From an uncultured Actinomycetes bacterium (GTDB lineage Bacteria > Actinomycetota > UBA4738 > HRBIN12), in assembly GCA_963825635.1 (NCBI GenBank), contig CAWGTU010000003.1:779812-843811 (forward strand): a stretch of DNA of 64,000 nucleotides, in the 5' to 3' direction. A program made the translations under genes and the position numbers. Position 1 is the first letter of the stretch; each line of letters starts with the position of its first letter. Below are positions 28,688 through 38,611 of this stretch, piece by piece. Below the pieces are notes generated by a model, which saw only the letters and a list, made by a program, of their open reading frames with translations, had not been told where the DNA came from and made no database searches.

Positions 28688-30339
28688 TCACCGAGCGGCC
28701 TCGGGCAGGCATGGAAGATCCTGCATCAGCGCCGACGGGAACGCCGCCGTCATGACCGCATCGTCTTCCTGGCCCGGGTTCGGCACCACACCGCCCCCGG
28801 CCGTCTGGGCCTGCGTGAAGGTCATCATGAACCGCGCCACGTCATCGACCGTGTGACCGTTGGCCTCGAGCTCCTCCAGGTTCAGGAACGCCTGCGTGGG
28901 CTGCATCAGCTCGACGATCACCGGTCCGCCGGGGGTCCCGAACCGGTCGTTGATCATCTCCTGCATCGGTCCGGTGGAGATCTGGTACCCCCCGCTCACT
29001 GTGGGGTCGGGCATCGCCGCGTGATCGGCGGTGACCACCATCGCCCACTCGCCCTTGCCCACCTCGCGGTCGAGGAACGTGACGAGATCCTTCATCGCCC
29101 GGTCCTGCGCCGCGACGGCGTCGAGCATCTCGGGGGAGTTCATCGACCACACGTGGCTGACGTAGTCGATCGCCTTGAAGTTCAGGAAAAGCAGGTCGGG
29201 CACGTCGTCGGCCCCGAAGCCCTCACGCCGGATCACCTCTTCGACCACACGCTGCTGGTACGGGGTGCGGGCGGGGGTGTCGAAGCCCTGCAGCAGCTCG
29301 TCGATGTCGTTGTCGCGCCACTTGCCGTCGAGCTGTCCGTCCGCCTGATCGACGGCCTCCTTGTCCTGCTCGAACCCTCCGACGTCGTTCGCGTACCCGG
29401 CCAGCTCATAGTAGGCGGCCTCGCGCTCGGGCAGGTTCCACTCGAACCCTTCGTCGGTGAGCGTCTCCCCGCCGATCACCGACCGGGTGAGCGCGATGTC
29501 GCGGTCACCGCCCGAGAAGAACGAGCCGTGACCCAACATGCCGAAGTGGATGTCCACGGTACCGACGATGCCGGCGAGCGGCTCGTTGCCCAGCGCACGG
29601 TCGTACACGTCGGCGAACGTCGGCTCGATGAAGAACGTCGGGCCCTGGTTCCACGGACCGGTGATCCGACCGGCCACGAGCATGTTGTGCCCGATGATGC
29701 CGTGGTGGCGCGGATAGGCCCCCGTGCCGATCGTCGCGTGGATCTGGGCGGTGCTCGTCGGCGACGATCCGACGGTCGCGTCGGTGTACCAGGTGCCCCT
29801 CGGGATCAGCGACCTCGTGTACGGCCACGCGCCGGGATGCTCCTCGAGCACGTTGATGCCCGCGGCGTCCCACACCATCGTGACCAACAGCTTCGGGATC
29901 TCGCGCTCGGCCTCGGGGAGCAGCGCCTCGGTCATCGGCTGACCGTCGGGAGCCCGGAAGCCATCGAACTTCATGAGCTGCGCCGACGTGGGCGCGATGC
30001 CCGCCACCGTCACGGGACGGCCCACCTCACCCTGCGCCGTCACGAAGCCGGGGCCGTACCAGAACATCGGCACCGTCTGGATGTAGTCCCACGGCCCGAC
30101 GTGCGGCAGACCGGAACCGACGAAGTTCGGCTCCTTCGGCACGAAGGAGAGTTGCGCCCCCCGGTCGGGTCGCCACCCCCTCCAGATGCGCAGCAGCTCA
30201 TCGTGGGGCAGGGAACACGCGGCGGAGACGAGATCTCGCTGACCCGACTGGGCCGCCGCATGGATCGGGGGGCGCACCAGCACGAGTCCGACGAGCACGA
30301 TCGCGAGCGAGAGCGGAACGAGGGATCGGCGGGCCGGCA
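28688..30339 (-). CDS. type I phosphodiesterase/nucleotide pyrophosphatase (NPP, alkaline-phosphatase superfamily), secreted
   Basis: N-terminal signal/TM MPARRSLVPLSLAIVLVGLVLV. The NPP signature TAQIHATIGTGAYPRHHGIIGHNM matches the PF01663 core (SIVTGLYPESHGII). Start at the ATG ending 30339. Confidence 0.75.
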
Positions 30340-30452
30340 TGTCGGCATAGGGAACACGACCCCGGCGGCGCGCGACAACCCGGGAGCGTTGAGAGTCTGT
30401 GACGGCCCGGGAACGATGCGGAGACCCTGGTCGCAGGCGGTAGCGTGGGGGT

Positions 30453-31805
30453 GTGCGGATCGGCCGTCGCCTCTCGACCCTGCTGCTCGTGCTGGCGCTC
30501 GTGGGAGCCCCGGCGGTGGTCCTTCGCATCTTCTGTGTCGGGAGCAGCTGCGACGCGGGCGAGGCGCGAGCGCAGGCCACGGTTCCGTTCTGCCCCCTCC
30601 CAGAGCGACTCCGCCACGAGATCGCGGCCGGCTTCCGCGAGGGACGCTCCCCCGATGTGATGGCGGCGACCGCGGGGCTCGACACCGTCTCGACGCAGGT
30701 CCGGCGGGGCACTCGAGTGCCCTGGCCCGGTACGGAGGATCGCGATGGTGTTCCGGGCCTGCCCGACACCCGGGTGCCGATCGTGTTCTTCGGTTCGGGC
30801 GTGCGCCCGAGAGCGTTGCCGACGGGGACCGCGCTCGACGCGATCGCGCCGACGCTGGAGTCGATCACGGGGTTCCGGCGCGCCCATCCCGAGGTCCGGA
30901 CCGGCGAGGCGGTCGAGGAGGCCACGATCGTGGGACACGACGCGCCCTCGCTCGTCGTGATGATCGCCTGGAAGGGCGTCGGCACTCCCGACCTCGAGCG
31001 GAGCCCGACGGCCTGGCCCTTCCTGCGGCGAGCGATGCGCTCCGGCGCGGGGACCCTCGCGGGCATCACCGGCTCCGTGCCGCTCGACCCCGCCGCCACG
31101 CTCACCACGATCGGCACCGGAGGGCGTCCGTCGAGCCACGGCATCACGGGGACCTCGGTGCGTCAGGACGACGGCGAGGTCGCGGTCGCCTGGTCGGCAC
31201 CAGGAGCGGGCTCGGTGATCGCCACGCTCGCCGACGACCTGGACCACGACTCGGGCGGACGGGCCAGGGTGGCCGCGATCGTCGCGGACCCGGCCGATCG
31301 GGGCATCGTTGGCAACGGGTGGTACCTCGACGCGGTCGACGACGACACGACGATCCGCGCTGACGACCCGGCGCGCTCGGCGACGAAGGCCGCCGCGATC
31401 GTCGACTCCGAGGACCTCGGGGGCGACGAGGTCACCGATGTGCTGGGTGTCGTGCTCGACGGCGAGGTCGGGCGGCTCGACGAAGCGACGTCCGCGATCG
31501 TGTCCTCGATCCGGGATCTCGTGCCGACCACGACGTTCGTCGTGACCGCCACCGGAAGCCTCGCCGGCGGAGGCCGGGGCGAGGACGCTCTCGGCATCGC
31601 CGCGGACGTCGACTCGACCCTCGGCGCCCCGGTCGTCGCCCAGGTCGCCCCGGACGGCCTCTTCCTCGATCGAGACGTGCTCGTGGACCGCTCCCTCACG
31701 GCCCAGCAGGTCGCGGACGCGATGCGAGGCGCCGACGCGGGCGGCCGACCGCTCTTCGACGACGTGTACCCGTCGTTCGCCGTCGCCTTCTCGAGGTACT
31801 GCTGA
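30453..31805 (+). CDS. NPP-family (alkaline-phosphatase superfamily) paralogue, secreted
   Basis: Signal peptide MRIGRRLSTLLLVLALVGAPAVV. A degenerate NPP core TLTTIGTGGRPSSHGITG is present. Transcribed divergently from the 28688..30339 paralogue. Confidence 0.6.
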   Translation: MRIGRRLSTLLLVLALVGAPAVVLRIFCVGSSCDAGEARAQATVPFCPLPERLRHEIAAGFREGRSPDVMAATAGLDTVSTQVRRGTRVPWPGTEDRDGVPGLPDTRVPIVFFGSGVRPRALPTGTALDAIAPTLESITGFRRAHPEVRTGEAVEEATIVGHDAPSLVVMIAWKGVGTPDLERSPTAWPFLRRAMRSGAGTLAGITGSVPLDPAATLTTIGTGGRPSSHGITGTSVRQDDGEVAVAWSAPGAGSVIATLADDLDHDSGGRARVAAIVADPADRGIVGNGWYLDAVDDDTTIRADDPARSATKAAAIVDSEDLGGDEVTDVLGVVLDGEVGRLDEATSAIVSSIRDLVPTTTFVVTATGSLAGGGRGEDALGIAADVDSTLGAPVVAQVAPDGLFLDRDVLVDRSLTAQQVADAMRGADAGGRPLFDDVYPSFAVAFSRYC

Positions 31806-32827
31806 TGGCCGTCGAGCTCGAGCCTCGCGCACCGTCGTCCGATCCGCAGACCCGAGACCGCTCTCGGCCCCCGGTCGCGATCGTGATCGTGGGGCTCCTC
31901 GCCGTCGCCGTGCTCGTGCGCGTCGTCGATCCCTCGAGCCTGCCGTGGCTGCGGAACCTACTGATCGTCTTCGGCTCGCTGCTGGTCGAGGCGATGCCGT
32001 TCATCCTGCTCGGCGCAAGCGTCTCGGCCGCGATCGAGGTGCTCGTGCCTGCCTCGGCGTTCGCGCGCATCGCATTGCTCCCACGCGGCCTGCAGATGCC
32101 GGCCGCTGCCGCGGCCGGCGTGGCGTTCCCTGTCTGCGAGTGCGGCTCGGTGCCCGTGGCCCGGCGGCTCGCCGCGAAAGGCCTCGCACCGAGCGCGGCG
32201 ATCACCTTCATGTTGGCGGCCCCGGTCGTGAACCCGGTCGTCGTGGCGTCCACGTTCGTGGCCTATCGCGGTCGCGACACCCTCTGGATCATGGTGCTCG
32301 GGCGTCTGGCCCTCGGCTTCATCGTGGCGATGACGGTCGGCTGGGTCATGGGGCGGGTGCGCTCGGGCGAGCTGCTGCGGGCGCGGGGGGACCAGGTCGA
32401 GGCCCACGAGGTCGACGAACAGGAGGCGCGGTGGCGCCGCTTCTTCGGGCACCTCACCGGCGACGTGGTGTTCATGGCGCGGTTCTTGATCATGGGCGCC
32501 GCGCTCGCGGCCGCGATCCAGACGTTCGTGCCGCAGTCGATCGTGAACAGCGTGGCGAGTCTGCCCATCCTGAGCCTGATCGCGATGATGGCGCTCGCGT
32601 TCGTGATGTCGCTGTGCTCGGAGTCCGACGCCTTCGTCGCTGCCTCGTTCACGGCGTTCGGCCCCGCGTCCCAGCTCGCGTTCCTCGTCTTCGGCCCGAT
32701 GGTCGACCTGAAGCTCGCGGCGCTGTACGTGGGCACATACCAGCGAGGGTTCCTGCGCACGGTCGTGATCGCGGTCGGCGCCACCACCCTCGTGGCCACA
32801 CTGTGGATCCAGGTGATCTGGGGATGA
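31805..32827 (+). CDS. UPF0718/YraQ-family permease (COG0701)
   Basis: Polytopic membrane protein with the conserved CECGSVP motif. Typically partnered with a TIGR03943 protein. Confidence 0.75.
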   Translation: MAVELEPRAPSSDPQTRDRSRPPVAIVIVGLLAVAVLVRVVDPSSLPWLRNLLIVFGSLLVEAMPFILLGASVSAAIEVLVPASAFARIALLPRGLQMPAAAAAGVAFPVCECGSVPVARRLAAKGLAPSAAITFMLAAPVVNPVVVASTFVAYRGRDTLWIMVLGRLALGFIVAMTVGWVMGRVRSGELLRARGDQVEAHEVDEQEARWRRFFGHLTGDVVFMARFLIMGAALAAAIQTFVPQSIVNSVASLPILSLIAMMALAFVMSLCSESDAFVAASFTAFGPASQLAFLVFGPMVDLKLAALYVGTYQRGFLRTVVIAVGATTLVATLWIQVIWG

Positions 32828-33546
32828 CGAGCATGCGGTCGCGCGAGGACGAACGCCTCCGGTTCAGCGGGCCGCGCGTGGCAGCCGGACTCGCGATCGG
32901 GGCCTGGGCGGCGCTCTTCTGGTTCCTGCTGCTCGCGGGACGCACCTCGCTGTACCTGTCCACACGCACCGCATGGCTCGTGCCGCTCGGCGCCACGCTG
33001 GCCACGATCGCGGCCGTGGGACGGCTCGCGTCCGCCAGGGTGCGCTCCCCGGAGCCGCTCGGCAACCGGGAGACCTGGATGTTCGGCGTGATCGTGCTCC
33101 CGGTCGTCCTGCTCCTCACGCTGCCGCCGGCGACGCTCGACTCGTATGCGGTGAACCGGCGATCGAACTCGACGGCGATCGGATCGAGCGCGCGGATCGT
33201 GAGCGGCCCGATCGACCTCGTCGACGTCGCGGCTGCCAGGGCGGTCGTCGATGCGGAGGCGGTGCTCAAGGCCCGAGCCGGCGAGCGGGTCACGATCGAG
33301 GGGTTCGTGACCGAGGAGCCCGGCGAGGCCGACCGCTTCCAGCTGACGCGGTTCGTGATCACGTGCTGCGTGGCCGACGCCACGATCAGCTACGTCACCG
33401 TCGTCGACGCGCCCCCCGGCAGCTTCGAGACCGACCAGTGGGTCCGTGTCGTGGGTCCGATCTACCCGCTCGGCAGCGACATCCTGGTACAGGCGGAGTC
33501 GGTCGAGCCGATCGACCCGCCGGACGAGCCCTACCTCACGCCCTGA
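32824..33546 (+). CDS. TIGR03943/DUF1980 family protein (partner of YraQ permease)
   Basis: N-terminal 2-TM region, then a soluble domain with the CCV motif (FVITCCVADA). ATG 32824 overlaps the permease stop (ATGA). Confidence 0.7.
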   Translation: MTSMRSREDERLRFSGPRVAAGLAIGAWAALFWFLLLAGRTSLYLSTRTAWLVPLGATLATIAAVGRLASARVRSPEPLGNRETWMFGVIVLPVVLLLTLPPATLDSYAVNRRSNSTAIGSSARIVSGPIDLVDVAAARAVVDAEAVLKARAGERVTIEGFVTEEPGEADRFQLTRFVITCCVADATISYVTVVDAPPGSFETDQWVRVVGPIYPLGSDILVQAESVEPIDPPDEPYLTP

Positions 33547-33549
33547 GGC

Positions 33550-33993
33550 TCACGCGCACGCGCGACAGGTGCCGATCAGGTCGAGGCGGTGGCGCACCTT
33601 CGCGAACCCGCTCCGCTTGGCCAGCCGGTCGACGGCGCGATCCATCGTCGTCTCGAGATCGGGCGGGATCGTGACGTCCTCCACCCTGCCGCAGTTCGAG
33701 CAGATCAGGTGGTGATGATGCTCGGTGAGATCCTCCGCCAGCTCGTACCGCGCGAACTCCCCCTCGGCGATCACCCGGCGCACCACCCCTGCGTGCTCCA
33801 GCACGGCGAGGTTGCGGTAGACGGAACTCTGCGGGCCCGTTCGTGACCGCACGATCTCGGCCGTGGACAGCGGGGTCCGCGCCCGCTCGAGGGCCGCGAC
33901 CAACGCTTCCCGCTGCGGCGTGTATCGCTGACCGACGCCGCGCAACCGCTCCGCGACGGTCGCATGCAGGTCTCGCGCCACGAGCCGCATCAT
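33550..33993 (-). CDS. zur: Fur family transcriptional regulator (Zur-like by context)
   Basis: Fur DNA-binding helix RYTPQREALVAAL, metal site HHHHLICSNCG...CRAC. It is the last gene of a znuA-znuC-znuB-zur operon. Confidence 0.8.
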   Translation of the reverse strand: MMRLVARDLHATVAERLRGVGQRYTPQREALVAALERARTPLSTAEIVRSRTGPQSSVYRNLAVLEHAGVVRRVIAEGEFARYELAEDLTEHHHHLICSNCGRVEDVTIPPDLETTMDRAVDRLAKRSGFAKVRHRLDLIGTCRACA

Positions 33994-34848
33994 ACGTCGG
34001 CTCCAGGCGCGCTCCGGGCCCCGGCGAGGGCACGGGAGGCGACGGCGACGGCGACGAACACGCCCGCCGTGACCAGCACGATCGTGCCCCCCGTGGCGAG
34101 CCCACCGGGGAACACCCTCGACAACGCGAGCCCCGCGACCGATGCTCCGACGCCGATCACGACCGAGATCGCGAGAGCCCCCGAGAACGAGCGCGCGATC
34201 ATCTGCGCGCACGCCACGGGCAACACCATCATCGCCGCGACGAGGAGGATGCCGACGATCTGCATCGCCGCGACCACGGCGACCGCGGTCAGCACGGCGA
34301 GCAAGGCATTCAGGAGGCCGACGGGGAGCCCCGCGACCCGCGACCACTCCTCGTCGGTGACCACCGAGAACATCGCGCGACGCAGCGCGAACACGGCGAG
34401 CACGATGCCGAGACCGAGCAGCACGATCGCCCACACCTCGCTGCCGCTCACCGTGAGCGGTCCGCCGAACAGATACGTGAGCACGTTCGAGGAGAGCCCG
34501 TCCCCTGCCGAGATCAGCACCACACCGAGCGCGATCCCCGAGTAGAAGAGGATCGCGAGCGCGACGTCGCCCGACGTGCGTCGCCGGGCTCGGAACCACT
34601 CGATGCCGAGCGACCCCCCGACCGCGAACGCGAGCGCCGTCCACAGCGGCGCCCATGCCGCAAGCAGCCCCGCACCCACACCGGCGAACGCGACGTGCCC
34701 GATGCCGTCGCCGATCAGGGAGAGCCGCTTCTGCACGAGGAACACGCCGATCGTCGGCGCGAAGGCCCCTACCGCGATGCACGCGATCAGCGCGCGTTGC
34801 ATGAAGGCGAGATCGAACGGGTACGGGAGCGCGATCTCGGCGATCACG
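33990..34848 (-). CDS. znuB: metal (Zn/Mn) ABC transporter permease
   Basis: ZnuB-like polytopic permease. The GTG start at 34848 overlaps the znuC stop (GTGA), and its stop overlaps the zur start (ATGA). Confidence 0.75.
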
Positions 34849-35644
34849 AGAGCTGCTCCAGCCAGATCGGCAGGTCCTCGGCGTGCACGCCGAGGCTCCC
34901 AACCCCTCGCGCGGCCAGGGCGGCCGGCTCGCCGTCGAACAGGACCGTGCGTTTGAGCACGATCACGCGGTCGACATCGTCGGCGACCGCCGAGAGCTCG
35001 TGCGAGACGAGCAAGACGCCGGCGCCGTGATCCCGGATCAGGTGCACGAGCGAGTCGCGGAAGAGTCGCTGCGACGCCGCGTCGACGCCCGCGATCGGTT
35101 CGTCGAGCACCAAGAGCGACGGCTCGCTCGCGAACGCTCTGGCGATGAACGCGCGCTGCTGCTGACCGCCGGAGAGCTCGTTCACCGGACTGGCGGCGAG
35201 GTCGGCGAGTCCGACCGACGCGATCGCGTGTTCCACCTGACGCCGATCGGCTCGAGACATCGGCATCCACCAACGTCCATCGGTCAACCGGCCCGCCGAC
35301 ACGATCTCCCGCACGGTGGCGGGGAGCTCCGAGCTGAGACTGGGTCGTTGCGGCACGTATCCGAGCCGCCCGCGCCGACGCACGGCCCCCGGCGGATGAC
35401 CGAAGAGGCGAGCCTCGCCGCCGTCGGGTTCGAGCGAGCCGAGCAGCAGCCGCAACAGCGTGGACTTGCCCGAACCGTTCGGCCCGACGAGCGCGACGAA
35501 CTCGCCAGCCCGAACCTCGAGGTCGACGTGCTCCAGCACCGGCTCGCGGCCGTACGCGAACGTCAGCCCTCTGGCCGCCAGGAGCTCCTGACGCGCGTCG
35601 CCGTCGCCGGTCACGGGCGAGACGCTAGGTGCAGTCGAGGCCAT
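34844..35644 (-). CDS. znuC: metal ABC transporter ATP-binding protein
   Basis: Walker A GPNGSGKST, ABC signature LSGGQQQR and Walker B LLVLDEP are present. Confidence 0.85.
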   Translation of the reverse strand: MASTAPSVSPVTGDGDARQELLAARGLTFAYGREPVLEHVDLEVRAGEFVALVGPNGSGKSTLLRLLLGSLEPDGGEARLFGHPPGAVRRRGRLGYVPQRPSLSSELPATVREIVSAGRLTDGRWWMPMSRADRRQVEHAIASVGLADLAASPVNELSGGQQQRAFIARAFASEPSLLVLDEPIAGVDAASQRLFRDSLVHLIRDHGAGVLLVSHELSAVADDVDRVIVLKRTVLFDGEPAALAARGVGSLGVHAEDLPIWLEQLS

Positions 35645-36554
35645 CTCGCAACGTCTCCAGGTTGCGTCGCATCACGGACAGGTAGTCGTCGCCGGCCGCT
35701 TCCTGCTCCTCGGTGAGGCCTTCCAGCGGACTCAGGACCGCGGTGCGGATCCCGGCTTCGGCGGCCAGCGTCTCGGCGACGTCGGGAGGCACCAGGTCCT
35801 CGGTGAAGATCGTGGTGACCCCTTCTGCGCTCACCTCGGCGGCGAGCTCAGCGATCCGATCGGGGTCGGGCTCGGACTCGGGTGCGAGCCCCGAGATCGC
35901 GCGCTGCTCGAGATCGTATGCAGCGGCCAGGTAGCCGAACGCCGCATGGCTCGTGATCATCACGCGCGTGCCGCACCGGGCGAGCCCCTCACGGAACTCG
36001 GCGTCGAGCTGCGAGAGCTCGACGCCGAAGTCCTCGGCGTCCACGCCGAAGCGATCGCCGTCCGCGCCACCTCGACCCTCGCCCAGCCCAGCGGCGATGC
36101 GGACGACGATGTCGGAGTAGAGCGCGGGGTCCAGCCACACGTGCGGGTCGGCCGCCCCCTCCTCGGCGTGTTCGCCGCCGGGCGGAACGTCGCGAGGCTC
36201 GATCCCATCGAGCGCATCGACGACGACGCCGGTCGCCTCGGCCTCGACGGCATCCTCGACGGCCGGCTGGAATCCGCCGCCCAGGTACACGACGAGATCC
36301 GCCTCGGCGATCGCCTGGAGATCGTCCGGGGTGAGCTCGAGGTCGTGAGGCTCGACACCGGGGGGGGTGAGGTTCGTGACGGTTACCTGATCGCCGCCGA
36401 TGCGCGCGGCTGCGAAGGCCAAGGGGTAGAAGCTCGCCACGACCTCGACCGCGCCGTCGGAGCCATCGCCCACCTCAGCCCCGCCGGCACACCCCACCGC
36501 GCCGAGCGACAGGGCCGCGAGAAGAACGAGACTGAGAATCGCTCTCATAAGCAT
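35625..36554 (-). CDS. znuA: metal ABC transporter substrate-binding lipoprotein
   Basis: Lipobox LSLGAVGC and a ZnuA/TroA-like fold with a His/acidic-rich loop (DVPPGGEHAEEGAADPHVW). GGGAGG RBS precedes ATG 36554. The real start lies inside a spurious 830-aa ORF. Confidence 0.8.
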   Translation of the reverse strand: MLMRAILSLVLLAALSLGAVGCAGGAEVGDGSDGAVEVVASFYPLAFAAARIGGDQVTVTNLTPPGVEPHDLELTPDDLQAIAEADLVVYLGGGFQPAVEDAVEAEATGVVVDALDGIEPRDVPPGGEHAEEGAADPHVWLDPALYSDIVVRIAAGLGEGRGGADGDRFGVDAEDFGVELSQLDAEFREGLARCGTRVMITSHAAFGYLAAAYDLEQRAISGLAPESEPDPDRIAELAAEVSAEGVTTIFTEDLVPPDVAETLAAEAGIRTAVLSPLEGLTEEQEAAGDDYLSVMRRNLETLRDGLDCT

Positions 36555-36626
36555 CGACGGTACCCTCCCGACGGAGGGGTCGTCAACGGCGGGCGTGCTC
36601 CGCGCCCTCGGTGGTAGCGTCCGCGC

Positions 36627-37670
36627 GTGGCGGTGCGCATCGGCATCGGGCTGTTCACGGGCCAGATCCCGGCCGGGTCGGAGCGTTCCTTCGCGCAGGA
36701 GTACAGGGACACGATCGAGCTCGTGCGGCTCGCGGAGTCCGTCGGGTTCGACTCCGCGTGGGTGAGCGAGCACCACGGGGCCTCCGACGGGTACCTCCCC
36801 TCGCTGCTGGTGATGTGTGCCGCGCTCGCCGCGGCGACCTCGACGATCCGACTGGGCACCGGCGTGATCCTCACGCCGTTCCACGACCCCCTGCGCCTCG
36901 CGGAGGACGCGGCCGTGGTCGACCAGATCGCCGGTGGGCGCCTCACGCTCGGCCTCGGCATCGGGTGGCGGCCCGAGGAGTTCCGGATGTTCGGGGTGGC
37001 GATGAGCGAACGGCTCGCGCGTACGGTCGAGGCCGTGGCGATCCTGCGTCAGGCGTGGACCGGGGAGCGCTTCTCCCACCGTGGCGAGGTGTTCGACCTC
37101 GATCGTGTGCGTGTGACGCCTCCTCCCGCCCAACCGGGGGGACCACCGATCCTGCTCGGCGGCTACGTCGACGCGGCGCTGCGACGAGCCGGAGAGCTGG
37201 GCGACGGTCACATCACCGACGCCGACGATCTCGTCCATGTGCGCAAGGCGGTCTCCCTGATGGAGGAGGGCGCGCGGGACGCGGGGCGCGATCCGGCCGC
37301 GATGCATCTCGCCCTGATGGCGAACGCGTTCGTCGCCGACGAGCACGCGTGGGAGATCGCCGCACCGGGCGTGATGCATCAGCTGGGCGCCTACGAAGCA
37401 TGGGATCGGGGTCACGACACGCCCGAGCACGACTCGCTCGATGCGGTGGTCGGCGACGAGCACGCCGCACGCCGTTCGACCGCGGCCGGCACGACCGACG
37501 ACGTCGCACACGCGCTCGAGCCGATCGTGCGATCGCTCGACGTGAGGGCCGAGGCCGATCTGATCGTGCGGCTCCACTACCCGGGCATGGCGTTCGACGA
37601 CGCCGCCCGAGCCGTCTCGCTCTTCGGTGACCGGGTGATCCCCGCGCTGCGCGACGTCGGCCGGCGCTAG
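36627..37670 (+). CDS. LLM-class (luciferase-like) flavin/F420-dependent oxidoreductase
   Basis: Typical LLM N-terminus (IGIGLFTGQ...) and AWVSEHHG motif. Confidence 0.8.
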   Translation: MAVRIGIGLFTGQIPAGSERSFAQEYRDTIELVRLAESVGFDSAWVSEHHGASDGYLPSLLVMCAALAAATSTIRLGTGVILTPFHDPLRLAEDAAVVDQIAGGRLTLGLGIGWRPEEFRMFGVAMSERLARTVEAVAILRQAWTGERFSHRGEVFDLDRVRVTPPPAQPGGPPILLGGYVDAALRRAGELGDGHITDADDLVHVRKAVSLMEEGARDAGRDPAAMHLALMANAFVADEHAWEIAAPGVMHQLGAYEAWDRGHDTPEHDSLDAVVGDEHAARRSTAAGTTDDVAHALEPIVRSLDVRAEADLIVRLHYPGMAFDDAARAVSLFGDRVIPALRDVGRR

Positions 37671-38611
37671 CCGGGCAACGAGACCCGGCCGCGGTCGCGG
37701 CCTTCGAGGGCACCGGCCGAGGCGGTGACGACGCCGTCTCGATGCAGTCCGCGCACGGCATCGACCAGGCGCTCGGGAGACGTGCCGGTCGCACGGGAGA
37801 GACCGCCGAACGTGCGGGGCGAGCGCTCCCGTAGGGCCGCGAGCGTCGCCCCTCGGACCTGCCGCAACGACCCCTCGAACCTGGGTTGGCGCCGACTCGC
37901 CGGCCGGCCGACGCGCCCCGAGGCGGCGAACGCGCACACGGCGCGCAGCGGACAGACGTCGCAGCGGGGCGTCGGCCGACACACCTCGCGACCGAGATCC
38001 ATCACCGCCTGGTTCCACGCCGACGGGCGGCGGCGATCCAGCCATGCCGAGGCGGCCTCGCCGAGGACCCGAGCCGATACCTCGTCGGCTTCCGCAGCGA
38101 GGTCGACCCGCGCCCACACGCGGCGGACGTTCGTGTCGATCGCGGCCACCGGCTCTCCGAACGCCAGGCTCGCAACCGCGGCCGCCGTGTAGTCACCGAT
38201 CCCCGGCAGGGTGCGCAGCACGGAGGGATCGCGCGGCACCACGCCGTCATGCACCCGGACGATCTCGGCCGCGGCGCGGTGGAGCGCGACGGCACGCCGC
38301 GGATACCCCAGCCGGCCCCAGGCTCGCAGCACTTCGGCCGTCGGCGCGTCCGCCAGGGAGCCCACGTCGGGAAACCTCCGCATGAACCCCTCGAACGCCG
38401 GCTGGGCCCGTGCGACCTGGGTCTGCTGCAGCATGACCTCGCTCACGAGCACCGCGAACGGATCGGGGAACCGCGCCCCCCGCCGGGCGGGAGTCCTCCA
38501 GGGATACGCACGTCGCCGAGGCCGGTACCAGGCGAGCAGGGCTTCCCGCACCTGGTCGCGCGGACTAGGCTGCTGATGAGCGGTAGCCGAGGTTCCCGAA
38601 GGGCCAGTCAT
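37667..38611 (-). CDS. mutY: A/G-specific adenine DNA glycosylase (MutY-like; HhH-GPD + 4Fe-4S), non-NUDIX C-terminus
   Basis: HhH-GPD motif LPGIGDYTAAAV, catalytic DTNVRRV, and Fe-S cluster loop CRPTPRCDVCPLRAVC. The C-terminal ~80 aa do not look NUDIX-like. The start ATG ending 38611 overlaps the divergent CBS gene start by 2 nt. Confidence 0.7.
   Translation of the reverse strand: MTGPSGTSATAHQQPSPRDQVREALLAWYRPRRRAYPWRTPARRGARFPDPFAVLVSEVMLQQTQVARAQPAFEGFMRRFPDVGSLADAPTAEVLRAWGRLGYPRRAVALHRAAAEIVRVHDGVVPRDPSVLRTLPGIGDYTAAAVASLAFGEPVAAIDTNVRRVWARVDLAAEADEVSARVLGEAASAWLDRRRPSAWNQAVMDLGREVCRPTPRCDVCPLRAVCAFAASGRVGRPASRRQPRFEGSLRQVRGATLAALRERSPRTFGGLSRATGTSPERLVDAVRGLHRDGVVTASAGALEGRDRGRVSLPG

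Noticed and set aside
36555-36626. Zur box upstream of znuA
   Set aside because: There is no AT-rich palindrome resembling known actinobacterial Zur boxes in this 72-bp GC-rich spacer. It may lie elsewhere or be too diverged to see by eye.
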